This document shows, piece by piece, positions 10,476-19,708 of a stretch of 64,000 nt of DNA. The notes beneath the pieces were generated by a model that saw only the letters and a program-made list of their open reading frames with translations, ran no database searches and had not been told where the DNA came from. A program made the translations under genes and the position numbers. Position 1 is the first letter of the stretch, and each line of letters opens with the position of its first letter. This DNA is from an uncultured Phycisphaerales bacterium (GTDB lineage Bacteria > Planctomycetota > Phycisphaerae > Phycisphaerales > SM1A02): contig CALKEP010000001.1 of NCBI GenBank assembly GCA_938084645.1, forward strand, positions 32,001 to 96,000. Reading direction: 5' to 3'.

Positions 10476-11525
10476 ATGAAAGCAGTCGCCGTCATGACCG
10501 GGGGCGCGCCCGTCGCGCCCAACGTGGAACTCGTGGATCTCCCGATGCCGGAGCCGGCCGCGGGGGACCTTCGGGTTCGAACCGAGGCGTCGGCGCTCAA
10601 TCATCTGGATCTCTGGATCGGCATGGGGATCCCCGGGGTCGATCGTCCGTGGCCGAGGGTGACGGGTTCGGACGGCGTGGGAGTGGTCGACGCCGTCGGC
10701 TCGGGCGTCGATGACGCCTGGGTCGGACGCCGTGTGATGATGAACGCTGCGAGGGACGTCGGAACGCCGCCTTCCCCGGGCGGTCGTGACGCCGGGGAGA
10801 ACTTCCAGCTGGTGGGGGAGCACGTGCCCGGGGCGATGGCGGAGTACTTCCTCGTTCCCGCGACGAACGTCGTGGACATCGGCGATCGGGATCCGATCAC
10901 CGCCGCGGCATTCGGACTGACGCATCTGACCGCCTGGCGAATGCTGACGACGCGGGCTTCGGCGGCGCCTGGAGACTGGGTGCTGATCCCCGGCATCGGC
11001 GGGGGGGTGGCGCTCGCCGCGCTCGGAATCGCACGGCACCTCGGCTGCAACACGGTGGTGACGAGCCGGAGCGAGGCGAAACTCGAGCGGGCCCGCGCGC
11101 TCGGCGCATCGGCCACGGTGCTCGACGAGGGCGAGGACTGGTCTCGTTCGGTCCGCAAGGCGACCGGTGGACGCGGGGTCGACGTCTGCATCGACTCGGT
11201 CGGCGCGGCGGTTCATCCCGCCTGCATCAAGGCGATGGCTCGAGGTGGTCGCTTCGTCACCTGTGGTTGCACCAGCGGGCCGGCGGCGACGACCGACCTC
11301 GCGCGCGTGTTCTGGAACCAGCTCTCGATTCTGGGCTCGACGATGGGTGACATGCATGAGTTTCGCCAGGTCGTCGGTCTGCTGATCGACGGGCGGCTCG
11401 AGCCGGTCATCGACGCGGTCCACACGCCGGCGACGGCGGCCGATGCCTACGCCGCGATCGAAGCGGGACATCAGTTCGGCAAGCTGGTGGTCGATTGGCG
11501 GCAGGACGACGACGCTGCCCGATAA
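10476..11525 (+). CDS. MDR-family alcohol dehydrogenase/quinone oxidoreductase-like protein
   Basis: ALNHLDLW, GSDGVG, GIGGGVA, ILGSTMG, QFGKLVV. Confidence 0.9.
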   Translation: MKAVAVMTGGAPVAPNVELVDLPMPEPAAGDLRVRTEASALNHLDLWIGMGIPGVDRPWPRVTGSDGVGVVDAVGSGVDDAWVGRRVMMNAARDVGTPPSPGGRDAGENFQLVGEHVPGAMAEYFLVPATNVVDIGDRDPITAAAFGLTHLTAWRMLTTRASAAPGDWVLIPGIGGGVALAALGIARHLGCNTVVTSRSEAKLERARALGASATVLDEGEDWSRSVRKATGGRGVDVCIDSVGAAVHPACIKAMARGGRFVTCGCTSGPAATTDLARVFWNQLSILGSTMGDMHEFRQVVGLLIDGRLEPVIDAVHTPATAADAYAAIEAGHQFGKLVVDWRQDDDAAR

Positions 11526-11738
11526 CGTCCAAAGCGGGCGGGATTGGAATTATCGGACGACCGATGATTCTGCAACGGACGTTTTTTCTCGATGCCACAC
11601 CAGAGTTCCAGAAGGCGATTGACCTCTCTTGAATCGCCGGTAGTCTCTTTTTGGCGGATTCTTTTTGCGGATCCGTCATTCATATTCGAGCTTGAAGTTC
11701 TCAATCTCGACCCAGATCCGATCTAGGAGGAATCTCGG

Positions 11739-13697
11739 ATGCAAAGCAAGTTCATCAAGGCCACGGCCGCGGTCTCCGCGGCGACTGTGTCTTCATTCGC
11801 CCTTGCGGGCGGTGGTGACACCTACAACGTCGGATTCTCCGACACCGCGTATTACAACATCGCCTCTGGCGGTATCGATCCCGCCAGCCCGAATTACAAC
11901 GGTCAGGGCGTCACCGCCGAGGCCGGTCGTTACATGGGCTCGTTCGGCTGGTCCAACGTCGTGCTCGACGTCTGCTGGAACACGGGTTCCGCCTACTCCT
12001 GCTGGGCGAGCGAATGCACGTTCACCATGAGCATGTCCGACGGCACGCAGACCACCTACTTCAACGTCGGTGCGCCGGTCGCGGACCAGACCGGCAGCGA
12101 CATCGAAGGCGCCTGCGCCACGTATCCGACCGACGGCTCGTCTGCCGCGGGTGAGACGATCTTCGATCCCTTCGCCTTCGCGGTCGACGCGAGCGGCGAC
12201 GTCCAGGTCGCGGTCTACCAGGCGTGGGATGACGGCACCGGCATGGCCGGTGGTTCGGTCATCACGGCCGACTGCTTCTTCACCCTCGCGGGCGAAGTCC
12301 CCGCCGGTTGCGAAGGTGCGACCGGTTCCTGCGCCGAGGTCCACCCCGAGCCCGGTTGCGACGACCTGACCTGCTGTGCCGTCGTCTGTGACGCGGCCGC
12401 CGGTGGTGACCCGTTCTGCTGCGAGGTTTCGTGGGACTCGACGTGCGTCGACAACGCGATCGCCCTCTGCGGCATCTACATCTACACGTGTGAGAACCCG
12501 CAGTACTCCAACGACTGCGCGACCTCGCCGATGATGCTCGACCTCGACACCCCGGTCGCGTTCAACACCGTGGGTGCGAACACCGACGGCCCGCCCGAGA
12601 TCGACTGCGGTTCGGCCGAAGAGGACTATCCGATCTGGTCGGACCTCTGGTACATGGTGGAGTCGGTCGACGGCGGCATCATGAACGCGACCTGCTGCAA
12701 CACCGCGGACTTCGACACCAAGATCGCGATCTACGACGCGGGTGAGATCGGTTCGACCTTCGATCCGTCCACGCTTCCGGCGTCGTTCCTGATCTGCAAC
12801 GAGGACTGTGACGACCCGACGTTCTTCACGTCCGAGGCGCTCGTCGCCGTGGACGCGGGCCGTCAGTACCTCGTCCGTCTCGGCGGATACCTCCAGGCCA
12901 CCGGCCAGGGCGACCTCGTCGTCTCGATCGAGACCCCCGAGCCGCCGATCCCGCCCCAGACCTGCGACATCCCGGGTCCGGACACGTTCACCCAGAACAC
13001 CACTGACGTGATGAATTCAGGCGGCGTCGCCTGTGCTGGCGGTGGCATCACCACCGAGAACAACTACTGCCGGATCTACACCGCCGAGGACATGGGCAAC
13101 GATCAGTTCACGATCGACTGCATCCGCTTCGGCATGACGAACCCCGGTTCGTACCTCCCGGCGGCGATCAACGTCCTCAAGTCGCCGAGCGGCAACGTCG
13201 ACGTCTACGCGGACCTCGAGCTGCTCGCGACCAACAACTTCGGTCTCTACACGACCGATGGTCTTGAGTACAACGTGGTGACCTTCCCCGACGGCGTGAA
13301 CGTCGATCTGTCCGACGGCTCGGCCCTCGTCATCGAGGTCTCGATCCCGCAGGCCCTCGACGGCTTCGTGACCTTCGGTGGCGGCACCGGGGTCGACGTC
13401 TCGAGCGGTACCACGTACATCCGATCCGCTCCCTGCGGCATCTCCGAGTACATCACCAACGGTTCGATCGGTTTCGACCTCGAGTGGTTCGTCTACGCCG
13501 ACGGCACCGCTGGTGGCGGCCAGCCAGACTGCCCCGGAGACTTCAACGGCGACGGCATGGTCGACGGTGCTGACTTCGGCTTCATCCTCGCTGCCTGGGG
13601 AACCTGTGGGGGCTGCCCCGAGGATCTCAATGGCGACGGTGAAGTGAACGGTGCCGACGTCGGCCTCGTGCTCTCGGTCTGGGGCGCCTGCCCCTGA
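11739..13697 (+). CDS. Secreted Cys-rich acidic protein with C-terminal dockerin-like domain (paralog 1)
   Basis: SD AGGAGG; signal peptide; PGCDD..CC..VC..DPFCC..WD..C module; CPGDFNGDGMVDGAD..W..CPEDLNGDGEVNGAD..WGACP. Confidence 0.9.
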   Translation: MQSKFIKATAAVSAATVSSFALAGGGDTYNVGFSDTAYYNIASGGIDPASPNYNGQGVTAEAGRYMGSFGWSNVVLDVCWNTGSAYSCWASECTFTMSMSDGTQTTYFNVGAPVADQTGSDIEGACATYPTDGSSAAGETIFDPFAFAVDASGDVQVAVYQAWDDGTGMAGGSVITADCFFTLAGEVPAGCEGATGSCAEVHPEPGCDDLTCCAVVCDAAAGGDPFCCEVSWDSTCVDNAIALCGIYIYTCENPQYSNDCATSPMMLDLDTPVAFNTVGANTDGPPEIDCGSAEEDYPIWSDLWYMVESVDGGIMNATCCNTADFDTKIAIYDAGEIGSTFDPSTLPASFLICNEDCDDPTFFTSEALVAVDAGRQYLVRLGGYLQATGQGDLVVSIETPEPPIPPQTCDIPGPDTFTQNTTDVMNSGGVACAGGGITTENNYCRIYTAEDMGNDQFTIDCIRFGMTNPGSYLPAAINVLKSPSGNVDVYADLELLATNNFGLYTTDGLEYNVVTFPDGVNVDLSDGSALVIEVSIPQALDGFVTFGGGTGVDVSSGTTYIRSAPCGISEYITNGSIGFDLEWFVYADGTAGGGQPDCPGDFNGDGMVDGADFGFILAAWGTCGGCPEDLNGDGEVNGADVGLVLSVWGACP

Positions 13698-13758
13698 TCG
13701 GTCACCGATCACCCGCGAGTCACCATCCTTCGGATGGATGATTCGAACGATTCGAATG

Positions 13759-13795
13759 CCCCCCGATCCGCTCCGCGGATCGGGGGGTTCTTCGT
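13759..13795 (+). terminator. Intrinsic terminator-like hairpin
   Basis: CCCCCCGATCCGC-TCC-GCGGATCGGGGGG followed by TTCTTCGT. Confidence 0.7.
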
Positions 13796-14028
13796 ATCGA
13801 GGTTCCATGGAGAGGCGCGTCCGGGCCGCTGCGTCCGGCCGATAGTTTCGGCGAGGAGAACCAGGTCGAGTTAACGGACGTGATTCTTGACCATGATCTC
13901 ATTTTTCAGATGCCAATCTTCGGTCTTAGGATAAACTTGGGGCGAATCATGCAGTTAAGTGCATCCGCTGGTGCGTGAGACGTGTGTCCTCGTTCCGCGG
14001 GAATTCGGTACTCAGGAGGTAATTCAAG

Positions 14029-15975
14029 ATGCAGAGCACTTTCATCAAGGCAACCGCCGCGATTTCTGCGGTCGGTCTGTCTGCCACGGCGCTTGCGGGC
14101 GGCGGCGGTACCTACGACGTCGGTTTCTCCGACGCGCCCTATTACACGATCGCCAACGGCGGCATCGACCCGGCGAGCCCCAACTACAACGGCCAGACGG
14201 TGATGGCCGAGGCCGGCAGTTACTTCACGGCCTTCGGCTGGTCGAACGTCGTCATCGACGTCTGCTGGAACACCGGTTCTGACTTCTCCTGCTGGGCGAG
14301 CGAATGCACGTTCACCATGAGCATGTCCGACGGCACCGAAACCGCCTACTTCAATGTTGGCGTTCCGATCGCGGACACGACCGGTTCCGAAATCGAAGGC
14401 GAATGCGCCACCTACCCCCTCGACGGATCATCCGCCGCCGGCGAGACGATCTTCGATCCATTCGCCTTCGCGGTGGATGCATCGGGTGACGTCGAAGTCG
14501 CGGTGTATCAGGCCTGGGAAGACGGTACCGGCCTCAATGGCGGCAGCGTCATCACCGCCGATGCGTTCTTCACGCTTGGTGCCGGCATCCCCGAGGGTTG
14601 CATCGATGCGACCGGTTCCTGTGCCGAGCCGCATCCGGAGCCCGGTTGCGACGACGTCACCTGCTGTGCCGTCACCTGTGATCCGTCCGCTGGTGGTGAC
14701 CCCTTCTGTTGCGAGGTTTCGTGGGACTCGACGTGCGTCGACAACGCGATCGCGCTCTGCAACATCTACTTCTACACCTGTGACAACCCCGCCTACGGGA
14801 ACGACTGTGCGACCGATCCGACGATGATGAGCAACGGGGAGCGGGTCGACTACTCCACCATCGGGGCGAACTACGACGGCCCGATCATCACGTGTGCGGC
14901 CGGAGGCGCGGCGAATGTCTGGTTCATGGTGCAGATCGAGGGAACGGGCACGCAGACCCTGACCGCGACGACCTGCAACGACGCCGACTACGACACGGCG
15001 CTCACGCTTTGGGATGCGGGTGAGATCGGTTCGACCTTCGATCCGTCCACGCTTCCGAACGTCGAGGTGGCGTGCAACGACGACGGTGGCGGCTGCCCTG
15101 ACTTCCAGTCGTTCCTCACGGCGAACGTCGAGAGTGGCCGGCAGTACCTGATCAGCGCCTCTGGTTGGAACCTCTCGGAGGGCAACGCCGGACTCACCGT
15201 TGCGTGGGAAGAGGCCGAGCCGCCGATTCCGCCCTACACCTGCGACACGCCGGGTCCCGACACGTTCACCCAGAACACCACTGACGTGATGACCGCGGGC
15301 GGCGTCGCCTGTGCTGGCGGTGGCATCACCACCGAGAATGCGTATTGCCGCGTCTACACGGCCGCCGAGATGGGGAACGATCAGTTCACCATCGACTGTG
15401 TCCGCTTCGGCATGACGAACCCCGGTTCCTACATCGCAGGTGCGATGAACATCTACAAGTCCGCGAACGGCACCCCCGCGCCGCTTGCAGATCTCGAGCT
15501 CCTCGGTTCCGCGCCCTGGGGCTTCTACACCACCGCCGGAAACGAGTACAGCGTCGTTTCCTTCGCGGACGGCGTGAACGTCGACCTGTCCGACGGATCG
15601 GCACTGGTCATCGAGATCGACTACGGACCGTCGAGCGACGGTTTCGCGACCTTCGGTGGCGGTACCGCGGCCGACATCTCGAGCGGTACGACCTACCTCC
15701 GTTCTGCTTCGTGCGGCATCGCCGAGTTCACCGCGGTCGGTGACATCGGTTTCGATCTCGAGTGGTTCGTCTTCGTCGACGGAACCGCGGGTGGCGGCCA
15801 GCCCGACTGCCCCGGTGACTTCAACGGCGACGGCATCGTCGATGGTGCCGACTTCGGCTTCATCCTCGCGGCCTGGGGTACCTGCGGGGGCTGCCCCGAG
15901 GATCTCAACGGCGACGGCCAGGTCAATGGCGCCGACGTCGGTCTGCTGCTCGTCGCGTGGGGCGCCTGCCCCTGA
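14029..15975 (+). CDS. Secreted Cys-rich acidic protein with C-terminal dockerin-like domain (paralog 2)
   Basis: SD AGGAGG; same architecture as 11739-13697 with long identical blocks. Confidence 0.9.
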   Translation: MQSTFIKATAAISAVGLSATALAGGGGTYDVGFSDAPYYTIANGGIDPASPNYNGQTVMAEAGSYFTAFGWSNVVIDVCWNTGSDFSCWASECTFTMSMSDGTETAYFNVGVPIADTTGSEIEGECATYPLDGSSAAGETIFDPFAFAVDASGDVEVAVYQAWEDGTGLNGGSVITADAFFTLGAGIPEGCIDATGSCAEPHPEPGCDDVTCCAVTCDPSAGGDPFCCEVSWDSTCVDNAIALCNIYFYTCDNPAYGNDCATDPTMMSNGERVDYSTIGANYDGPIITCAAGGAANVWFMVQIEGTGTQTLTATTCNDADYDTALTLWDAGEIGSTFDPSTLPNVEVACNDDGGGCPDFQSFLTANVESGRQYLISASGWNLSEGNAGLTVAWEEAEPPIPPYTCDTPGPDTFTQNTTDVMTAGGVACAGGGITTENAYCRVYTAAEMGNDQFTIDCVRFGMTNPGSYIAGAMNIYKSANGTPAPLADLELLGSAPWGFYTTAGNEYSVVSFADGVNVDLSDGSALVIEIDYGPSSDGFATFGGGTAADISSGTTYLRSASCGIAEFTAVGDIGFDLEWFVFVDGTAGGGQPDCPGDFNGDGIVDGADFGFILAAWGTCGGCPEDLNGDGQVNGADVGLLLVAWGACP

Positions 15976-16023
15976 TCGCGACCGCTCGACTTCCGATCAC
16001 TGATCGGAGCTCCTAGATCGCAT

Positions 16024-16060
16024 CACCCCCCGGCTCTTCGAGCCGGGGGGTGTTCGTTTC
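16024..16060 (+). terminator. Intrinsic terminator-like hairpin
   Basis: CACCCCCCGGCTC-TTC-GAGCCGGGGGGTG followed by TTCGTTTC. Confidence 0.75.
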
Positions 16061-16360
16061 CGGGGCGGGATTCTGCCATCGTGGTCGTGCGTTCGATCTC
16101 GATTGCGGCACTCCCGGGGCCGCCGACGCATCCAGGTCGCAGCAGCTCGGTATCCTGTGCATGGTGATCCCGGGCGGCGTTGAAATGTGCCCCGCCTCGA
16201 TCCCAACCAACGTCGGAGTCTCGTCACAACGGCTCGGCGTTCACGAAACCGACCGCACGCAGGATGTCGGGCGGGGTGGCTGATCAGAATCGGCAGGTGG
16301 CGCATGGCATCGCTCCGGACTTCCGTCGGGGCGGGCCATGAAGGCCTCGGAGGAGCTCGC

Positions 16361-17716
16361 GTGCGGATCTTTCTCATTCTCTCCATCGTGGTCGTGCTCG
16401 GCGGCGTGGGCGGTCTCGTCGCGTTCGGCCCCGAATTTTCGGCTGGATTCTCATTCGGATCCGACTCCGGCGGTCGCGGTGAATCGGTTCGGGTCGAGTC
16501 CGTGGTGCGGCGAACCCTCATCGAACGAGTCGCGGCCCCCGGTGAGATCGAACCCAACGTCAAGGTCGATGTCTCGGCCGAAGTGTCGGCGCGGATTCTC
16601 GAACTGCCGTTTCGAGAGGGCGAATCGGTCCGGGCGGGTGAACTGATCATCCGTCTGGATGCCGCGGACTTCGAAGCGCGACTCGACAGTGCTCGAGCCC
16701 GCCGTGATGCGGAGCAGTTCCGGCTCCAGAGCGAGCAATCGAGGATCGCCGGACCGATGGCGTCCCTCGCCAACGCCCGCACCGTGCTCGAACGTCAGGA
16801 GCAGCTCTTCGCCACGGGCGACGTGAGCCGGCAGAGCCTCGACGACGCACGCAACCGGGTGGCCGAGCTCGCGGCGCAGGTCGAGGCGGGCAAGCTGGCG
16901 ATCTCGGTGATCGAGAGTTCGCTCCAGGCCGCGGAAGCGGACATCGACCAGGCCCGTGATCGACTCGAGAAGACGATCATGAAGTCACCGATCGACGGCG
17001 TGATCACCATCCTGAACGCCGAGGTCGGGGAGCTGGTGGTCGTCGGCACCATGAACAATGCCGGGACGATCATCATGACCATCGCCGATCTCTCGCGGAT
17101 GCGACTCGACGCCAAGGTCGCGGAGAGCGACATCGCGAAGGTCGAGAACACCCAGCCGGCCGAGATCAGGATCAACGCCTACCCGGACGAGGTCTTCGAC
17201 GGGACGGTGGAGCGGATCGCCCTGCAACGCTCGATGGATCGAGACGGGAGCGGGTACTTCAAGACCGAGGTCCAGCTCGAACTGGACGGGCGTCGCATCT
17301 ACTCCGGGCTCGCCGCGAACGTCGACATCGAGATCGCCCGGCACGAGGGCCTCGTCGTCCCCAGCCAGGCGGTCGTGGACATGAAGGTCGACGAACTGCC
17401 CTCGGAGGTGATCAACCGCGAACTCGTGGATTCCGACCGCCGAACGGTCCCGGTCGTCTTCGTGGTGGAGGACGGAAAGGCCCGATGCACGCCCGTCCGA
17501 GTCGGTCCGAGCAGTCTGGCGGAGACGATCATCTCCCTGGGCATCGAGCCCGGTGCCGATGTGGTGATCGGCCCCTACAAGGCGATCGAAGGTCTCAAGG
17601 ACGGAGACCCGGTCAAGATCGAATCCGGCCTGTGGTCCGATTCGGATTCCGACGACGACGCGGAGGCGGAAGCGGAAGCGACGTCCGGCGACGGAACCAT
17701 CAAGGTCTCCTTCTGA
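16361..17716 (+). CDS. Efflux periplasmic adaptor (MacA/HlyD family)
   Basis: GTG start after GGAGGA; N-terminal TM; VSAEVSARI..GESVRAGELI, coiled hairpin, KSPIDGVI, VAESDI. Confidence 0.9.
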   Translation: MRIFLILSIVVVLGGVGGLVAFGPEFSAGFSFGSDSGGRGESVRVESVVRRTLIERVAAPGEIEPNVKVDVSAEVSARILELPFREGESVRAGELIIRLDAADFEARLDSARARRDAEQFRLQSEQSRIAGPMASLANARTVLERQEQLFATGDVSRQSLDDARNRVAELAAQVEAGKLAISVIESSLQAAEADIDQARDRLEKTIMKSPIDGVITILNAEVGELVVVGTMNNAGTIIMTIADLSRMRLDAKVAESDIAKVENTQPAEIRINAYPDEVFDGTVERIALQRSMDRDGSGYFKTEVQLELDGRRIYSGLAANVDIEIARHEGLVVPSQAVVDMKVDELPSEVINRELVDSDRRTVPVVFVVEDGKARCTPVRVGPSSLAETIISLGIEPGADVVIGPYKAIEGLKDGDPVKIESGLWSDSDSDDDAEAEAEATSGDGTIKVSF

Positions 17717-17735
17717 CGGGGCTTCGACCGTGACC

Positions 17736-18473
17736 ATGCTCATCACCCTCCGTGGCATCTCGAAGACCTATCGCATCGGCGTCGAGACGATTCATGCGCT
17801 TCGCGAAGTCGATCTCGACATCGGCGACAACGAGTTCGTCGCGATCATGGGATCGTCCGGTTCGGGCAAGAGCACGCTCATGAACGTGCTCGGTTGTCTC
17901 GACCGGCCGACGGAGGGGGAGTATCGACTCGACGACCGGCGGACCGACCGGATGTCCGCGTCCGAACTCGCGATGGTCCGCAACGAACGGATCGGATTCG
18001 TGTTCCAGGCCTTCGAACTTCTGCCCCGGGCGACGGCTCTGCGGAACGTCGAGCTTCCATCGGTGTACGCCCGAGGTGATCGACGCCGGGATCGCCGGGG
18101 CCGGGCGCTCTCCGCGCTGGAGCGGGTCGGACTGGCCGACCGCGTCCATCACCGTCCGAACCAGTTGTCGGGCGGCCAGAAGCAGCGGGTGGCGATCGCC
18201 CGGGCCCTGCTGAATCGACCGGCGATCCTGCTTGCGGACGAACCGACCGGCAACCTCGACTCGACGACCACCGCGGACATCCTCGCCCTGTTCGGGCGTC
18301 TCCACGAGGAAGGGCAGACGGTGATCATCGTCACCCACGAGGATGAGGTGGCCGCGCACTGCCGACGCGTGATCCGCCTCCACGACGGACGGATCGCGAG
18401 CGATCTGCCGATCGAGGAGGATCCTGCGGGAAGACTGCTCGCGACTTCGCCGGAGACGGAGGAGGCATGCTGA
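17736..18473 (+). CDS. ABC transporter ATP-binding protein (MacB/LolD-like)
   Basis: GSSGSGKST, LSGGQKQRVAIARAL, LLADEPTGNLD, VTH. Confidence 0.95.
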   Translation: MLITLRGISKTYRIGVETIHALREVDLDIGDNEFVAIMGSSGSGKSTLMNVLGCLDRPTEGEYRLDDRRTDRMSASELAMVRNERIGFVFQAFELLPRATALRNVELPSVYARGDRRRDRRGRALSALERVGLADRVHHRPNQLSGGQKQRVAIARALLNRPAILLADEPTGNLDSTTTADILALFGRLHEEGQTVIIVTHEDEVAAHCRRVIRLHDGRIASDLPIEEDPAGRLLATSPETEEAC

Positions 18474-19708
18474 ATCCCGTCTTCTGGCTCCAGGCAATCG
18501 CCCTCGCGTTCTCCCAGATTCGAGCGAACCTCGGCCGAAGTCTGTTGACGGCGCTCGGGATCATCGTGGGCGTGGCGAGCGTCACCGCCGTCATCGCGGC
18601 GCTTTCCGGTCTCAAGACCAAGGTGCTGTCGGAATTCGAGTCGTTCGGGGCGAATCGGTTGTTCATCTTCCCGGACCGGCCCGACGACGCCCCGCGCAAC
18701 GCGTATCCCTGGAAGGACGTCCGGCTGAAGATCGAGGAGGTCGAGGCCATCGAGGTCAACTGTCCCTCCATCCGAAGTCTCACCCCGGTGACCTCGCTCG
18801 GGCTCAGTGCCCAGTACGGGGATCGCCTGATCGAGGGTTTGAACGTCACCGGAATCCGTCCCGCGTGGCACGAGACCGAGAACCGGGCAGTGACCCGGGG
18901 ACGTCCCTTCAACTCGATCGACGAGGCGAATGCGCGGCAGGTGTGCCTGCTCAACGACGCCGCCATCGAGGAACTCCAGCTTCCAAGCAATCCCGTGGGA
19001 ACGCACATCCTGCTGGGGGGACGTCGCTATCTGGTGGCCGGGGTGGTGGAGACGATCCAGTCGACGATGTTGGGAATGAGCACTTCGCGTGCGGAAGTCT
19101 TCGTGCCGTTCGCGATCGCGGCCCGACTCCAGGACGACGACTTCTTCTTCCGGATCTCGGCCATGATCGAATCGCCCGACGTCGCGGATGAGGCGATCAG
19201 CGAGGTCCGATTCGTGCTGCGGAAGATGCGCGGCCTGGGGCCCGACGATCCCGACACCTTCCAGGTCGCGGCGATCGATCAGTTCATCGATCAGTTCCGC
19301 GCTCTCGCGGCCGGCATCACCGCGATCGCGGGCGGGATCGTCGGGGTGAGCCTGCTGGTCGGCGGCATCGGCATCATGAACATCATGCTCGTCTCCGTGA
19401 GCGAGCGGACCCGGGAGATCGGTCTTCGCAAGGCGGTGGGCGCCACGCCGTCGGCGGTTCTGCTGCAGTTCCTGCTCGAGGCCGTGGTGCTCTGTCTGGT
19501 CGGCGGCGCGCTGGGCGTCGCGGCGGGGGAGACCATGGCCTTCGGGCTCACGTTGATTCCGGACGCCGGTCTCGAGGAGGCGCACGTTCCCTTGTGGGCG
19601 ATCGTCATGAGCTTCAGTTTCAGCGCCGCGGTCGGCGTGGTCTTCGGGATGTTCCCCGCCATCAAGGCATCGCGGCTCGATCCCATCGAGGCGTTGCGAC
19701 ACGAATGA
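18467..19708 (+). CDS. ABC transporter permease (MacB-like)
   Basis: RSLLTALGIIVG, GGIGIMNIMLVSVSERTREIGLRKAVGA, LDPIEALRHE. Confidence 0.95.
   Translation: MLNPVFWLQAIALAFSQIRANLGRSLLTALGIIVGVASVTAVIAALSGLKTKVLSEFESFGANRLFIFPDRPDDAPRNAYPWKDVRLKIEEVEAIEVNCPSIRSLTPVTSLGLSAQYGDRLIEGLNVTGIRPAWHETENRAVTRGRPFNSIDEANARQVCLLNDAAIEELQLPSNPVGTHILLGGRRYLVAGVVETIQSTMLGMSTSRAEVFVPFAIAARLQDDDFFFRISAMIESPDVADEAISEVRFVLRKMRGLGPDDPDTFQVAAIDQFIDQFRALAAGITAIAGGIVGVSLLVGGIGIMNIMLVSVSERTREIGLRKAVGATPSAVLLQFLLEAVVLCLVGGALGVAAGETMAFGLTLIPDAGLEEAHVPLWAIVMSFSFSAAVGVVFGMFPAIKASRLDPIEALRHE

Noticed and set aside
11526..11738. AT-richer patch as a sign of horizontal transfer
   Set aside because: Limited to the intergenic region (also 13800-14028); better explained as promoter DNA
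11739..15975. Diversity-generating retroelement behind the paralog similarity
   Set aside because: No reverse transcriptase, both copies are full genes, and differences are not visibly adenine-specific
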